From positions 4,097,025 through 4,161,024 of the forward strand of contig CM082586.2 in assembly GCA_040954595.2 (NCBI GenBank): DNA of 64,000 nucleotides, written 5' to 3'. Of the stretch, positions 26,701 to 38,700 are shown piece by piece. The translations under genes were made by a program, and so were the position numbers. Source of the DNA: Balanoglossus misakiensis. Lineage: Eukaryota; Animalia; Hemichordata. Each line of letters opens with the position of its first letter. The first letter of the stretch is position 1. The notes beneath the pieces are model-generated. The model saw only the letters and a program-made list of their open reading frames with translations. It was not told where the DNA came from and ran no database searches.

Positions 26701-29700
26701 AAAGGTGATTATGAGTGTATTATCTGTGGATAGATTTGAGCTTTGGTACCCCTTCTATGATAAACTGATTCCCCCCCCCCCCCAAAAAAAAAAAAAAAAA
26801 AAAAAAAGGTAAAAATTTGATATTTTATGCGCAGGTCTAAGCCCGCGTGAAATCGAGAATGCGGCCATCTTGCAGACGTCATGGCAACGGCCGCCCCTGA
26901 TCATCGATCCTTACATGAACGGCGTCAAGTGGATGAGAAGATCTGTTCCCAGAAGAAGTAAATTAATCTGTGTTGACATGCAAACAAGGTCAGTCAGTCT
27001 CTCATGTCAAAAAGTGACCTTATCATTCTTAACATATTCCTCCATGTGCTTTGTAGCGAGATGACTTTGTCTTCGTCACTCAGTATCCATGGATACAGTG
27101 TATTCAGCAGATCCGGCTAAACATCAAAAGGTTTATAAATATAATGATGAAATTCACACAGACTTTAACAGCTTGCAAGCAGTTTCCCAAAATGTATTGG
27201 GGCTTTGTCTTTCAATAAATATTCTCCTCACAGCAATTATGCCAGGTCTTTACCTATGCTTGGTATATTCAATGAAATGAGTGTTAATTTTTATGTTTTA
27301 AATATTTCCCCTTTTCTTCCCATGGACATGCACTATTCAATGTTATAGATGGTATGTATGCTTCTTTTCAAAGAGTCACTTTGAATGGCTTTTAATGCAT
27401 GGCATGCTGATCATTTGGGGGTAAATCTAATTATAAATGGATGGTGACAGTTATCAGGTTTAAATCAAGGAATTTGGTGTTTTCATCCAGAGATAAGAAT
27501 GAGTTAAACAAGACAGACAAACAGATAAACATACATAAATGCATATGTACATAGTTACATTACATATACATGTGTATGTACATGTATATACGTACATGCA
27601 TAATACAGACATACATGTCATTCCCCCCAGACAATCTTAGATTTTCTGGTCCACCAGAATGAATATAAAAGTTTGGACATCAAAGCGTATTGGATGGAAA
27701 TTATATGTGTCATGGAAAACTTTCATAATCATACGTGTGTCTCATGTTCACTGACGTGTTTGCTGTTGTGTTGTTTTATGTGTAGTTTATAAAAGTTGAT
27801 TTGTCTCTTCAAATTCATTAATTGTCACTGCCGCATTTTAAGCTGGTGACTGTGATGTATACAGCCTGTTTGTACCAGGACTATTGGGTCATGCAAGCGT
27901 GCGTGTTACATACCTCAGGTTCATTCCAGACTTGCCCTAGGTATAGGTCTCTACAGACTCAGTTTCTTGTCAATCCACTGGTTGTGATGGACGATTAAAA
28001 TGTTATATTCACAGGCGACACCAAGAAGTGCAAACATATTCCAAAGACAAGTATGAGTTGTAAGCATTTGTTCAGGATTACCGTAGTCTACCCACTGGTC
28101 TGCAGTTGGCAAACGCATTTTCGGTCGGACGTACACACATGTACAGATTAATTTTGACCGCAGTTTAGTCGCTATGGTGATGTAGTGACAGTGAAGAAAC
28201 ATCAGTCCATCATTAATGAGAATATAACCTCATAGTTGTCTGTGTGATTTCAGTAACACTCTAACACATGTCTAACGGTAGACTAGTTTTTACAAATTTG
28301 TATAACAACACATTCACATTGACCGATACTTATCCATTCACTTTTTTTTTTGTGATGAGAGATGATGTAACAATTATAAAATTCTAATCCTGTTTGATCT
28401 AACCTGACTCAAAATGTGATTTTGTTTTGTTTATTTTGTCAATTTTAGATCATACAGTATATTTAGTTTCAGGCATTGTTGCACCACACAATCATTCATT
28501 TAATTTTATTGAGATTTTTAGTTGGGTGTTCTCTAACATGTTTTTATTGATTTTGCACAAAACTATACTTTTGTTTAGACCATTTTAACACATTTTTCAA
28601 TTGCTTACATACAGCTTAAGTGAAATGAAATGGGGGTAGGTGTTCTGTTCGCACATCAGTGCTCTGTATTTGGCCTTTTTTGTTGAGTTTTTCTCGCTTT
28701 TTTTCTCAAAATCAATCTCCATTTTATTCGTTTTTCACCTTGAGCTTGATGTATGTGTTTGTTCTTTTTTGCCTCCATTTTAATACGGCACCTACTACAT
28801 TCATGACAGCCTAACTGACTGGCAGCGTCTAAAGTCTCACAAAGCACCATCATTGCATCGCACTGCCATTTTAACTTCGATAATCGAGAAACATGTTACA
28901 AATCCAATGGTCAACGTATTAAATTAGAGACATACATACTGTCAGACATACATACTGTCAGAAGTTTGCATCTAGGTTCTTGCGTCCCTTTTGCTAATAG
29001 GGACTGAGTTATCCAGTTTTCAGTAGAGAAGGGGGGGGGGGAGGGAGAGATAGAGAGGGAAGGCTGGGGGAGGGAGTGGAAGAGAGTGACTTTGTATCTC
29101 TAACCATGAACTTTTCTCTTCAACAGGTAGCAGTTTATTCTCTCATTTGTATGCGACTAACACCTTCTGATAAGATAATGTGTAGTCCATGCTACACATA
29201 GAAGGTACATGTACACATGACTGACAGAGCTAGAGCTTGGCAATGACTGTTGTCTTGTTTCGTCGCAGGTTCGATCCTTCCATCATCGTACAGATTGAGA
29301 AGGCCATTCTGGGTGGCCACCCGGTGCTGCTGATGAACTGTGAACCTCACGTAGACAGCATGGTGACCCCGCTCATCCATCACAGAAACACGGCCAACGA
29401 GAAAGATGAAAAAGAAGGTATGTTACCCCCTCACAACACCCCCATTTTCTAATGGTATCACCCTAATGTGGACAGGGAGAGTCTATTGGGACATGCGGGT
29501 AGGGGTATCCATTAGGGTCGATGAATTGGGTTTATTGAGTTTTCATTGGTGGTATAGACACGATGTTCAGTGTCTCTTAGTGTCTGCTCTCATCAATTTG
29601 GTCATGTCCATTTTTTATCATGGTAGTGTTATCATCTCACACATATTACCTATATTATCTGACAAGAACAAATCTAATATGATAGACAATATGAACTTCT

Positions 29701-32700
29701 CAGAAAATTAAAGTTTTCCGTCACGTAATTGAGTTGAATGGTAATGTAATCTGAGTTTTAATGCTTCCATAGTCTGTAATTGTAAGATAATACACAACGA
29801 TTATATCATTTCTTGTAAATATTTTATATAGATTTGTTAAAAAATGATTAGTCACACATTTTGTGTCTTCATGTTAAAGATATTTCTTTTCTCAACAGTG
29901 TGATGTTCTTGAACACTCTAACCTGATCCTTTCTTTTTGTCACTGTACTTTGTGTTTTACAAACTATTTCTGTACATTGTCTCCCTCTCTCTCGATGTCA
30001 TCAAGTTTTCTTCCTTTTCTATTGTTCTCATCAAAGCCATCACACGCCTGACCTGACCTAATACCAGTTTCCCACCATTTGCACTTCATTGTTACCAATT
30101 TTGTGCAGTTCATCATCGCTTTTTGGGCTTTTATGTCATCATATTCTGTGCTCACCGTCACCAAAATTACAATATGCCAGCTCCCTTCATCACCAAGCAT
30201 GGAGTAGTGTCATTGACACTGTCCATTGTGATGATGATGATATCATCAATAATCGCGCATTTCATCACCAGTTATTGTGCACTTTGTCACAAAAAGTTGT
30301 GCGATGTATTATCAGCCATGGCAGTGCGCATCACCCAATATTGGGCTTTCTAGCACTGTCATAGAGCAGTTCACCATCCCGCATACTTACCTTCTACATC
30401 ATCAAATTCTGTGCACTTCATCATCACATTCTGTGTTCCTCATCACCAGTTCACGAGCTTATCATCACCATGCATAAATCATCACTCTTTATCCAAATCA
30501 TAGTCTCTTTCGTTAGCAGTCTATTTTATTTCAATTCTTAATTGTATATGTTCACTCAAAATCTGTGTAATATGCAGTGTTCTCCCAAGAAATTTCTGGG
30601 TTGCCAATTCACAACACGACCTATTAAAATGAAAATCAAAATTTAGGAAATTTTACCACTGTGCTGTAATTATCGATGGGAGAACACTGTTCTTTATCAG
30701 TAGTTTTTTTATTTATCTAACCAAGTGTGTTTTTTCTCTATCATTACTAATTTATTGCATGACCTCGGTGTGAACTATATATTTTATACAACTGGGTATT
30801 GGTAAAATAAAAATGTGTGTGCGGTGTGTAAAACGTGCATGCAGCGTTACTCTCCAACTTTGACAACTACGTGGACGGGCTTATCAACTCCATCATGCAG
30901 GCCCGAACCCAGACCAATGCTAAAGAAAAAGAAAGGAATAAGGATGAAGGTATTCCTTGTCACGTTTGTCTGGCTGAGCCTCCCAGCCTCCCCCTCGGTT
31001 GGGAATACGTGTAGTTGTCAGACACATTGCTGGAACCGAGCACGGTTGTACGAGAGACATCACCGCTGTGTCGATCTCAGACTTCTGCATTGAAACACTC
31101 AGCCCTCCCCTGTGCAGAGTCTGAAATCGATGTCAGTGATAGAAGCCCTGTCGCTTACACTTAAGTCAATGTGTCTGGGAATCAGTATTGCAAAGGCGTA
31201 TTTTTCGCTGATTGGTCAAGTTTAGTGGTTGTAAGGTGAAAATTAAGGTGTCAGTGCACAAAGTTTAGTGGTACATGTAAATCTAATGTAATATCGCTTC
31301 TGTATTGTATGCCTATTATTATATAAAATAACACTTAAAATTTACATATGCATGGTAAATGTAAAGCTTAATCAAAAGTAGTAATGTAGATAGTGTAATA
31401 AATTAAAATGATAACCAGTTGTTATTACTGAACTACATTGACTATATGACATGAGATAAGGCAATAAGTAAATACTCAGTGGTATTAACCCTTTTACCCC
31501 CTTTTCTCTGTATATTGGTTCAACCACACCATTGGAAACAATGGGGTGGTACCAAATTCTGGGGATGATAGGGTTAATCACACTCACATGTCAAAGGTCA
31601 ATGACCAGTTATGAACTGTGATGCACAAAATATATGTACAAGCTCAATGTGTGCACAACACACCACATCACAGATCAAAATCACTTCTGAACCATTCAGA
31701 GTTTATCATTCTCAGCATCGTCACAGTCACCTCTTTGTCACTCATGAATCAATTTTATTTTATATTGCACATAAATTGTTATTTATTTATTATGTATTTA
31801 TTGATTGATTCGTAGCATGTGAAAGAATGTTGACTGTGGTGTGTGCAAGTCAGAGTGTAAAAATATAGAATTTCTGGTAGTGTTTGTAAATCTGCACAAA
31901 TCTTACTAACACTTATTGCACTGCAGTGTATCGTAGACTTCAGTATCAACCTTTTCCTGGTCTTTGTCTTCACAGCAATTAAAGTTTTCTGTCTTATTGT
32001 CTTCGTACTACATTGACAATCTTCCCATCTTTTCCCTCCCCTCCCCCTGCCCCTCCCCTTCCTACTACTCCCCCCCCCCCCCCGCCCTGCCGTACCCCAA
32101 ACCAGTCCATACATGTATAAAGAGCACCCCCCAAAAATATTGTTGCATGATGACGCCATTTTGTGGTGTTGGCGGGTCATAATTGGTTGCTATGGTGAAG
32201 GGTGATGTCATTTGGTGGTGGGTCATGACAGTTGCTATGGTGAAGGGCAATATTGTAATAGAGGTGGCGGTCTATGGTGATTGGTGATTTTGTTTGGTGG
32301 TGGGCTGTTCGTTGCTATGGTGAAGGGCAATATTTTTATTTCAATCACTTGCATGCCCTCAGTGTTCAACGCTGTGCAAGGTTTAATCAGCCCAATGATT
32401 AACCCTTTCACCCCCAGTTTCCTCTGTAGAGGTCCAACTTTACATAGAAAACAATGGATTTGGACCAAACCATGGTGGTGAAAGGGTTAAAAAGCATTAC
32501 TTGCACAAACAGCAGACGAATGTCACAATCATGCTACCTGCTACACTATGTAATAACGTTCGTCAAACTGCACTCATTAGTAAAGTCATTGCAATGAATA
32601 TATTTTACATATGCGCAGTGTTTGTCTGAATGAAGTCATTGCAAATAACCGCAAAATAATCCTACACTTATTTGCTGCAATGATCAATTGTAAGAACTCT

Positions 32701-35700
32701 AACTTCGCCCTAGTACAATATTACTGTACACTGAAACACTGCAATTTTTTGTACAATTCTCATGGATATGTTATGCTTATATGCTGCCCCATGTTCCAAA
32801 AATAATTTGGCTTAAGACAATATTGTGACTTGTATCTGATTCACACATGTAGTGTGAAGAGCTGAAAAGGTTCAAGCAGCCATCAAGAAGTGCAGATACT
32901 AAAATCTCATCCATGACACTTTTCCCGATTCACAGAACCCCGGATGATCCGATACTCCAGCCGGCGTCTCCTCTGTCACGAGAACTTCCGTCTGTACATG
33001 CAGACCGGCAACGGCAGCGCGACGTTCAATCCGGAGGTGTCGTCCACCTCGGCTCTGATCGGCTACACCACGTCGGCCGAGACCCTGCAGGACGAGTTGT
33101 TGAGTCGAGCTTTCGCAAGAGTCCGTCCCGAGCTTTACATGGAGAGAAAGAAGGTTCTCAAAGCTATTCAACAACACAGAATCACCCTATATGTAAGTTG
33201 GACATAAATCAATGTCTTTAGCCTTTTCTCATCAATAATATTGTTCAAGGCATCTAAAGATTATTCCCTCATAAAATTAGGAATTAAAACTGAGGGTGGA
33301 CACCGTGCAAAATTTTGAATATGAGAGCAAAATTGTTTCAATTTTGCAATTCAAAATGGCCGCCTATCTCTGCAATATCGAGATAACACAGAGATTTGTT
33401 TTCAAAAAGAATCCTCATATGCTTTAATATGGCAAAGAATTGAAAGGTTTGGATGACTGAAAATCAGATTTTATTATAAACTTTATTTTCTAATTATCAT
33501 TTTCAGGATTTGGAGAATCTCCTGATTGAGAAACTGAAAGGTGAAAAGACGGACATCTGGGAGCAGACTGAGTACGTGTCGGCCATCGTGGACGCCAAGG
33601 AACAAGTGGCCGGGAAATTAGAGGAAGCCCAGCAGGTACTTGGAGAGTTGGATCAACTGCAGGAGGAACTGTTCCCTGTGGCAAAGAGGGCAGCTCTGCT
33701 CTTCTCTATACTTCGCAGCTTGGAGGGAATTCAGCGAGAATATATCTTTGCTCTGCCGTTCTTCTTGTCGTTGTTCGACAGAGCCGTGGGCGAGGAACCA
33801 CCACCTGAGGAAGAGGAGGAAGAAGATGAAGACGTGAGTTTTTTTTATGATGATTGGAACTTCAGTTAATTTTGATACTATAACATTTGGTATGCTACTT
33901 GCTTTCACAAAACAATCCAAATTTGGCCACCAAAGAGTGACACACTTCTTTGGATATTTGGAGTTGAATCTTAATCTGAAGTTACCCCTGTTATACAAAC
34001 AATGATATATGCCCTGAAATGAATAATTAATAATATATCTTTCAGGATGATGAGTCAACTGCCGAGGATGAATTACACGCCCTGTTGGCCAGACCTGTCA
34101 GTGTCTCCACCAAATGTTCTGACGAGCAAGACCAAGAGAAGAAGGACGATGATTATGCGGATGAGAAATTTGATGACGACGATGATGAGAATGCGGAAAA
34201 ACCAACTCCGAGAGAAGGTCAGTCAGAGGTCATGAGTATTGAAAAGTAGTTTATTTATTGAACTTTCGGAAACAGTGGCTCCAACTCAGTAATGTTCGCT
34301 GCTGTGTTTTGGTCATGTTTAAAAAAGGATTCTTTATTTTCTGAAATGGTTCAGGTGGGGAAGCGGGAAGTCCAACTGAAGCCAACAAAGCTGCTCAGAT
34401 CTCCGTCCCAGACGCCCCTCAGTTACCGACAGAGGGAGTGGATTACAACAACATGTCCGCCAACCAAGTCAAACAGATCCTGGACAGTCTGACGCAGACG
34501 GTCTTCCAAAATGTCAGGCAGTAAGTAACATTTTTTTTAGGTGAAAAATTTGGCATTGCAAGATTTTTTTGTTGTTGTTCAGTTCTTGGTGTTGTTGTTC
34601 TTGTTAGTGCCCATTTGGTATATGTATTATGTATATACCATTGGGACCTTATGGGATCGGTTGCGTCTGTATGTATGTCTGTACGTACGTACGTACGTAT
34701 GTATGTCTGTACGTACGTACGTACGTACGTATGTATGTATGTATGTATGTATGTATGTATGTATGTATGTATGTATGTATGTATGTATGTATGTATGTAT
34801 GTATGTATGTATGTATGTATGTATGTATGTATGTATGTATGTATGTATGTATGTATGTATCATTGTATGTATCATTGTATGTATCATTGTATGTATGTAT
34901 GTATGTATGTATGTTTGTTGTTGTTGTTGTTGTTGTTGTTGACAAACCGTAAGCACACTGTATGACAACTCATCGTTTCTTATTTCTTGTAGGAGTCTAT
35001 ATGAGGAGCATCGTCTACTCTTTGCCACAATGCTGTGTTTGAATATTCAGAATGAATCCTCAGATCATTTCGCAGAAGAAGAAATGGCTCTTCTCTTACA
35101 AGGTAGGTAATAGATTGGCTCTACCATTCAATGGCATGGTGTGGAAGTCATCAAATTTGCAAGAGTTGTTTAGCCGGCCATTTTACTTGTAGCATGATGT
35201 AAAATCAGTGTTGAAGTACATGTATGTTATTTTAATGGATAGAATGTGTTCCAGTACAAGTCTTCATTAGTAAAATCATTAATGATACACAACACTAGGA
35301 GAAATGTACTTACACATTTGCTAGTAGTTGTTCTAGTGTTCATTGACAAATGTTGGTGTCCAGGGACAATTTTATAAGTGCCTTTAAATAAAAAAAAATT
35401 ATAAATTACAGCAAGCATTAATCAACATGCAAATTGTGAGTGATAACTTAATTCCATTGTATCTCATTTCTCTAGGCAACCCTGGCTTCGGTAACATGGT
35501 TCTTTCACTGGCCGATTTCGACTGTGATGAACCGGTGCCACAATGGCTGCCTGTCGACAAATGGGATGATGTCATCGCCATGTCCGTGTTGCCGGGACCC
35601 CTGGATAGTCTCTGCGTTCAGGTAGCGGAAAACAGCGAGGAATGGGAAGCCTGGTATAAGACCGACATGCCGGAAAATGAACCGTTGCCGATGTTGAGCT

Positions 35701-38700
35701 CGGAAGAGACAACACGTGAGTAGTTCTTTAACAAGATTTGGTTTTTTTTCCTGTTGTTTTGTGTTCCGAATGTCAAGCATGGTGTCCACACTGATTACTG
35801 TTTTCTCTAATATACATATATGTCCATTTATGGTTATATGGGTGTTTCAATCATTACAAATGATCATGTAGGGATGGATGCCCTTTTTCTAACATGCACT
35901 TCAAGTGAAAATATGTGATTGGCTACATCTCAGTAGTAAACTTTATAGTGATCGAGTCGTGTTGAGAAGTAGACATGGATGTTCAGTGAAATCATGTATG
36001 TTTCCTATATCTTGAACACATCAATGCATTGTGATTTCTAAAGGAGTGTGGCCTGAATATTCATAATTAACACTTTATTATCATTTTGTCATCTCGACAG
36101 AAGAAGCTGGTCAAGCCAACGATGACGAGGGAGCAGTGACCAACGCCAGTCCGGACCTCGGACCGATGACCGACTTCCACCAGCTGCTCATCCTGCGCAT
36201 GCTGCGTCCCGACCGCCTGCCCATCGCCATGGCGAAGTACGTCAACAAGCACATGACCAGCGTCAAGCATATAACGCCGTCGATCAGCAGCATCCAGGGC
36301 AGTGCCAACACGTCTCTGGGCATCCTGGTGATGATGCCCCCCAAGGCTGAACGCGAGCATTTCATCAGCTCCATTACTTTGAACACGCACCCGGTGGAGA
36401 TCCTGAAACAACTTGCACAGGTGAGATTATTTTGACCCCTGTCATCCAGTTTCGGCAGACAAGATCTTCTTGTAATCATTGCGAAAATGTAAACCCAAAT
36501 TTCAGGAAACCAGTGAATAAATTTAACAGATGCAATGCTGTGATCTAAGAAGTTAATACAGGTTTTTACTGTGTTACGGTGGTCACAACATAAACTACAT
36601 ACATTGTTGGATTTTGCAAACGATCACTATGTTCAGTACTAAACAGACCTGCACTGAAATGAAAATAATGATCAGTAATATTATATTGGCTTTACTAAAG
36701 ACATCACATAGAATCAGTGCAGAAAATCAAAAATATGTCTGTATACATGAATATGTACACCCTATGGTTTTGTCTGGATGCTTTTGCTGTGCTTTCTGAG
36801 TTTATGATACAAAGAATAGTGATTCATCATGATGATTTCTCTATCTGTCTGTGCATGTACAGTCCAAGAACATCCCAATTGACGTTGTCAACATCGCTGA
36901 GGGCTGTGAGGCAGAGGCTGATATTGTGATCGACATGGCTGTCAAGAACGATGGATGGGTTGTTCTTCAAGATCTGCATCTGGCATCGCAGAGATTTTCT
37001 AAGGAACTGCGACATCACTTGATCCGTGTTGGCAACACTGGTGGTGAGTGAAATAACCACATGAGTCCTGCTGTCTCAGTGAAGAAAATGAACTCTTTTA
37101 AATCCAAAGAAATCTTAACGTGTACAATTTGAAGAATCAAGAGAAAGTTCATGGTCACTGTTTAAATTTTTGGCCCGTCTCAGTGAACTGTACTGTAGTT
37201 GAAATTCAAAGTTGCCTTTAAATTCTATTTTTATTCTACTGTTTTCTAAGTCTTCAAATGGCCATGTTGAGGCACATATATTGTTCATGGCCAGCCCTTG
37301 AAAATCTGTCATTGGTTAGATGTCCCATTACCTTGGTGTAACTGTGGCTAAGCTTGCATACATGTTTAGATGACCATATACCTTTAATGTAATTTTGTTT
37401 TCAGGTCCAATGGGTTTGAATCCTATTGAGAAAGAAGGCACCTCAAATTTCCGTGTGTGGATAACATCGCAGCCGAGTGAAGACATTGCATCAGCGTTGT
37501 TGCAGTCCTTACGCGTCATCAACTGGGACAACATTACACCTGCGTTGTTGGTTGGTGGAACTGAAGACACAGATGGTGCTGATAATGAATTCCAAGCTAA
37601 CACTCTGCAGGACGTCTTGAAGATCGGTGAGTCAAAACTCTGTCTTGTCATCAAATAAATGTATCCATATGGAAAGGCAATAATTGTCAAAAATGAAAGT
37701 AACTGACAAACAAGTCATGTTCACTATATCCTGTCCCTTGAGAAAATGATCTATCTTTTATCTTTTGTTGCGCACTGTAAAACTCTGTCCCAGCCTTTTA
37801 CATCCATTTTTTGTGTAGTCACCAAACCACATGATAAGAAACAATTGACTAAATCACTTCTAAGAAAATGTTATCTGAGAAAGCAGATGCAAAGCAGATG
37901 TCATATTGAATATGATGGAAAGCTTTTGTCTTTATGTGTCAGTTTGCTGTGTCTGTGTGTTTTAACCCTTTCCCCACAATGGTTCAGTCCAAAGCCCATT
38001 GTTTCCTATGATAAGGTTGGTCCTATAAAGAGGGAAGTTGGGGTGAAAGGGTTAATCTTTACAATCGTCAAAGACTTTCTCTTACTGACAGTGGTGCATT
38101 TCCTCATTTGCAGCGATTGCATCGGCTTTGGATTCAGTCTCGGAGTCCCAGTGGAATCAGATCCGTGACCAGTCCAGCGCCGTCAAAGGCATGGTGTTTG
38201 GAATCTGCGTCGTCCACGGCATTCTGGTGGCGCGTCAGTCCTACGGTTGCCGTGGCATCTCCCAGTGGTACGCCTTCTCTCAAGTTCAAATACAGCAAGC
38301 CGTTGAGGCCGTCGCTGGTCCGTCTGCCAAAGCAGAGGGCGGTTCTGAACCCAAGCTTCAAGATGTGATTCACAGCCTCACACAGGTAATGCAGAAAACA
38401 TGATTTTTATTTCCGTCAAGTCTGTCGTCGCTAGCCTGTATAATCACCATTATCTGGTCTTGTGTATAGTGTAGATTCATCGACAACGGGTTTTCTCTTG
38501 TCGACGTTTCAATCAATTTTGATTGCAAAAAATGTGTGCGATTTGGAACAGTGACAAGGAAAAATGCTGTTGTACCAAGCTACTGTGCTGATTGGAATTA
38601 TTTGCTAAATTTTTATTTTTCTCATGTCCACATTTCAGTTGGTGTACGGTAACTTGATTCAGAATGACTGGGACAAGCTTTATGTGGAGACTATAGTCAG

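Noticed and set aside
29030-29085. G-/C-rich tracts (also ~668-710, 26771-26807, 32030-32100) as functional G-quadruplexes
   Set aside because: Ordinary intronic homopolymer or low-complexity runs with no supporting context.
29101-29130. Recursive (AG|GT) splice sites at 29126/29127 and 3723/3724, and a 3-nt exon ATG at 27349-27351
   Set aside because: Donor halves are weak or the match is too short to distinguish from chance, and the introns are short for recursive splicing.
34541-35028. ORFs with YVCM/IHTY repeats
   Set aside because: Translations of the (GTAT)n microsatellite.
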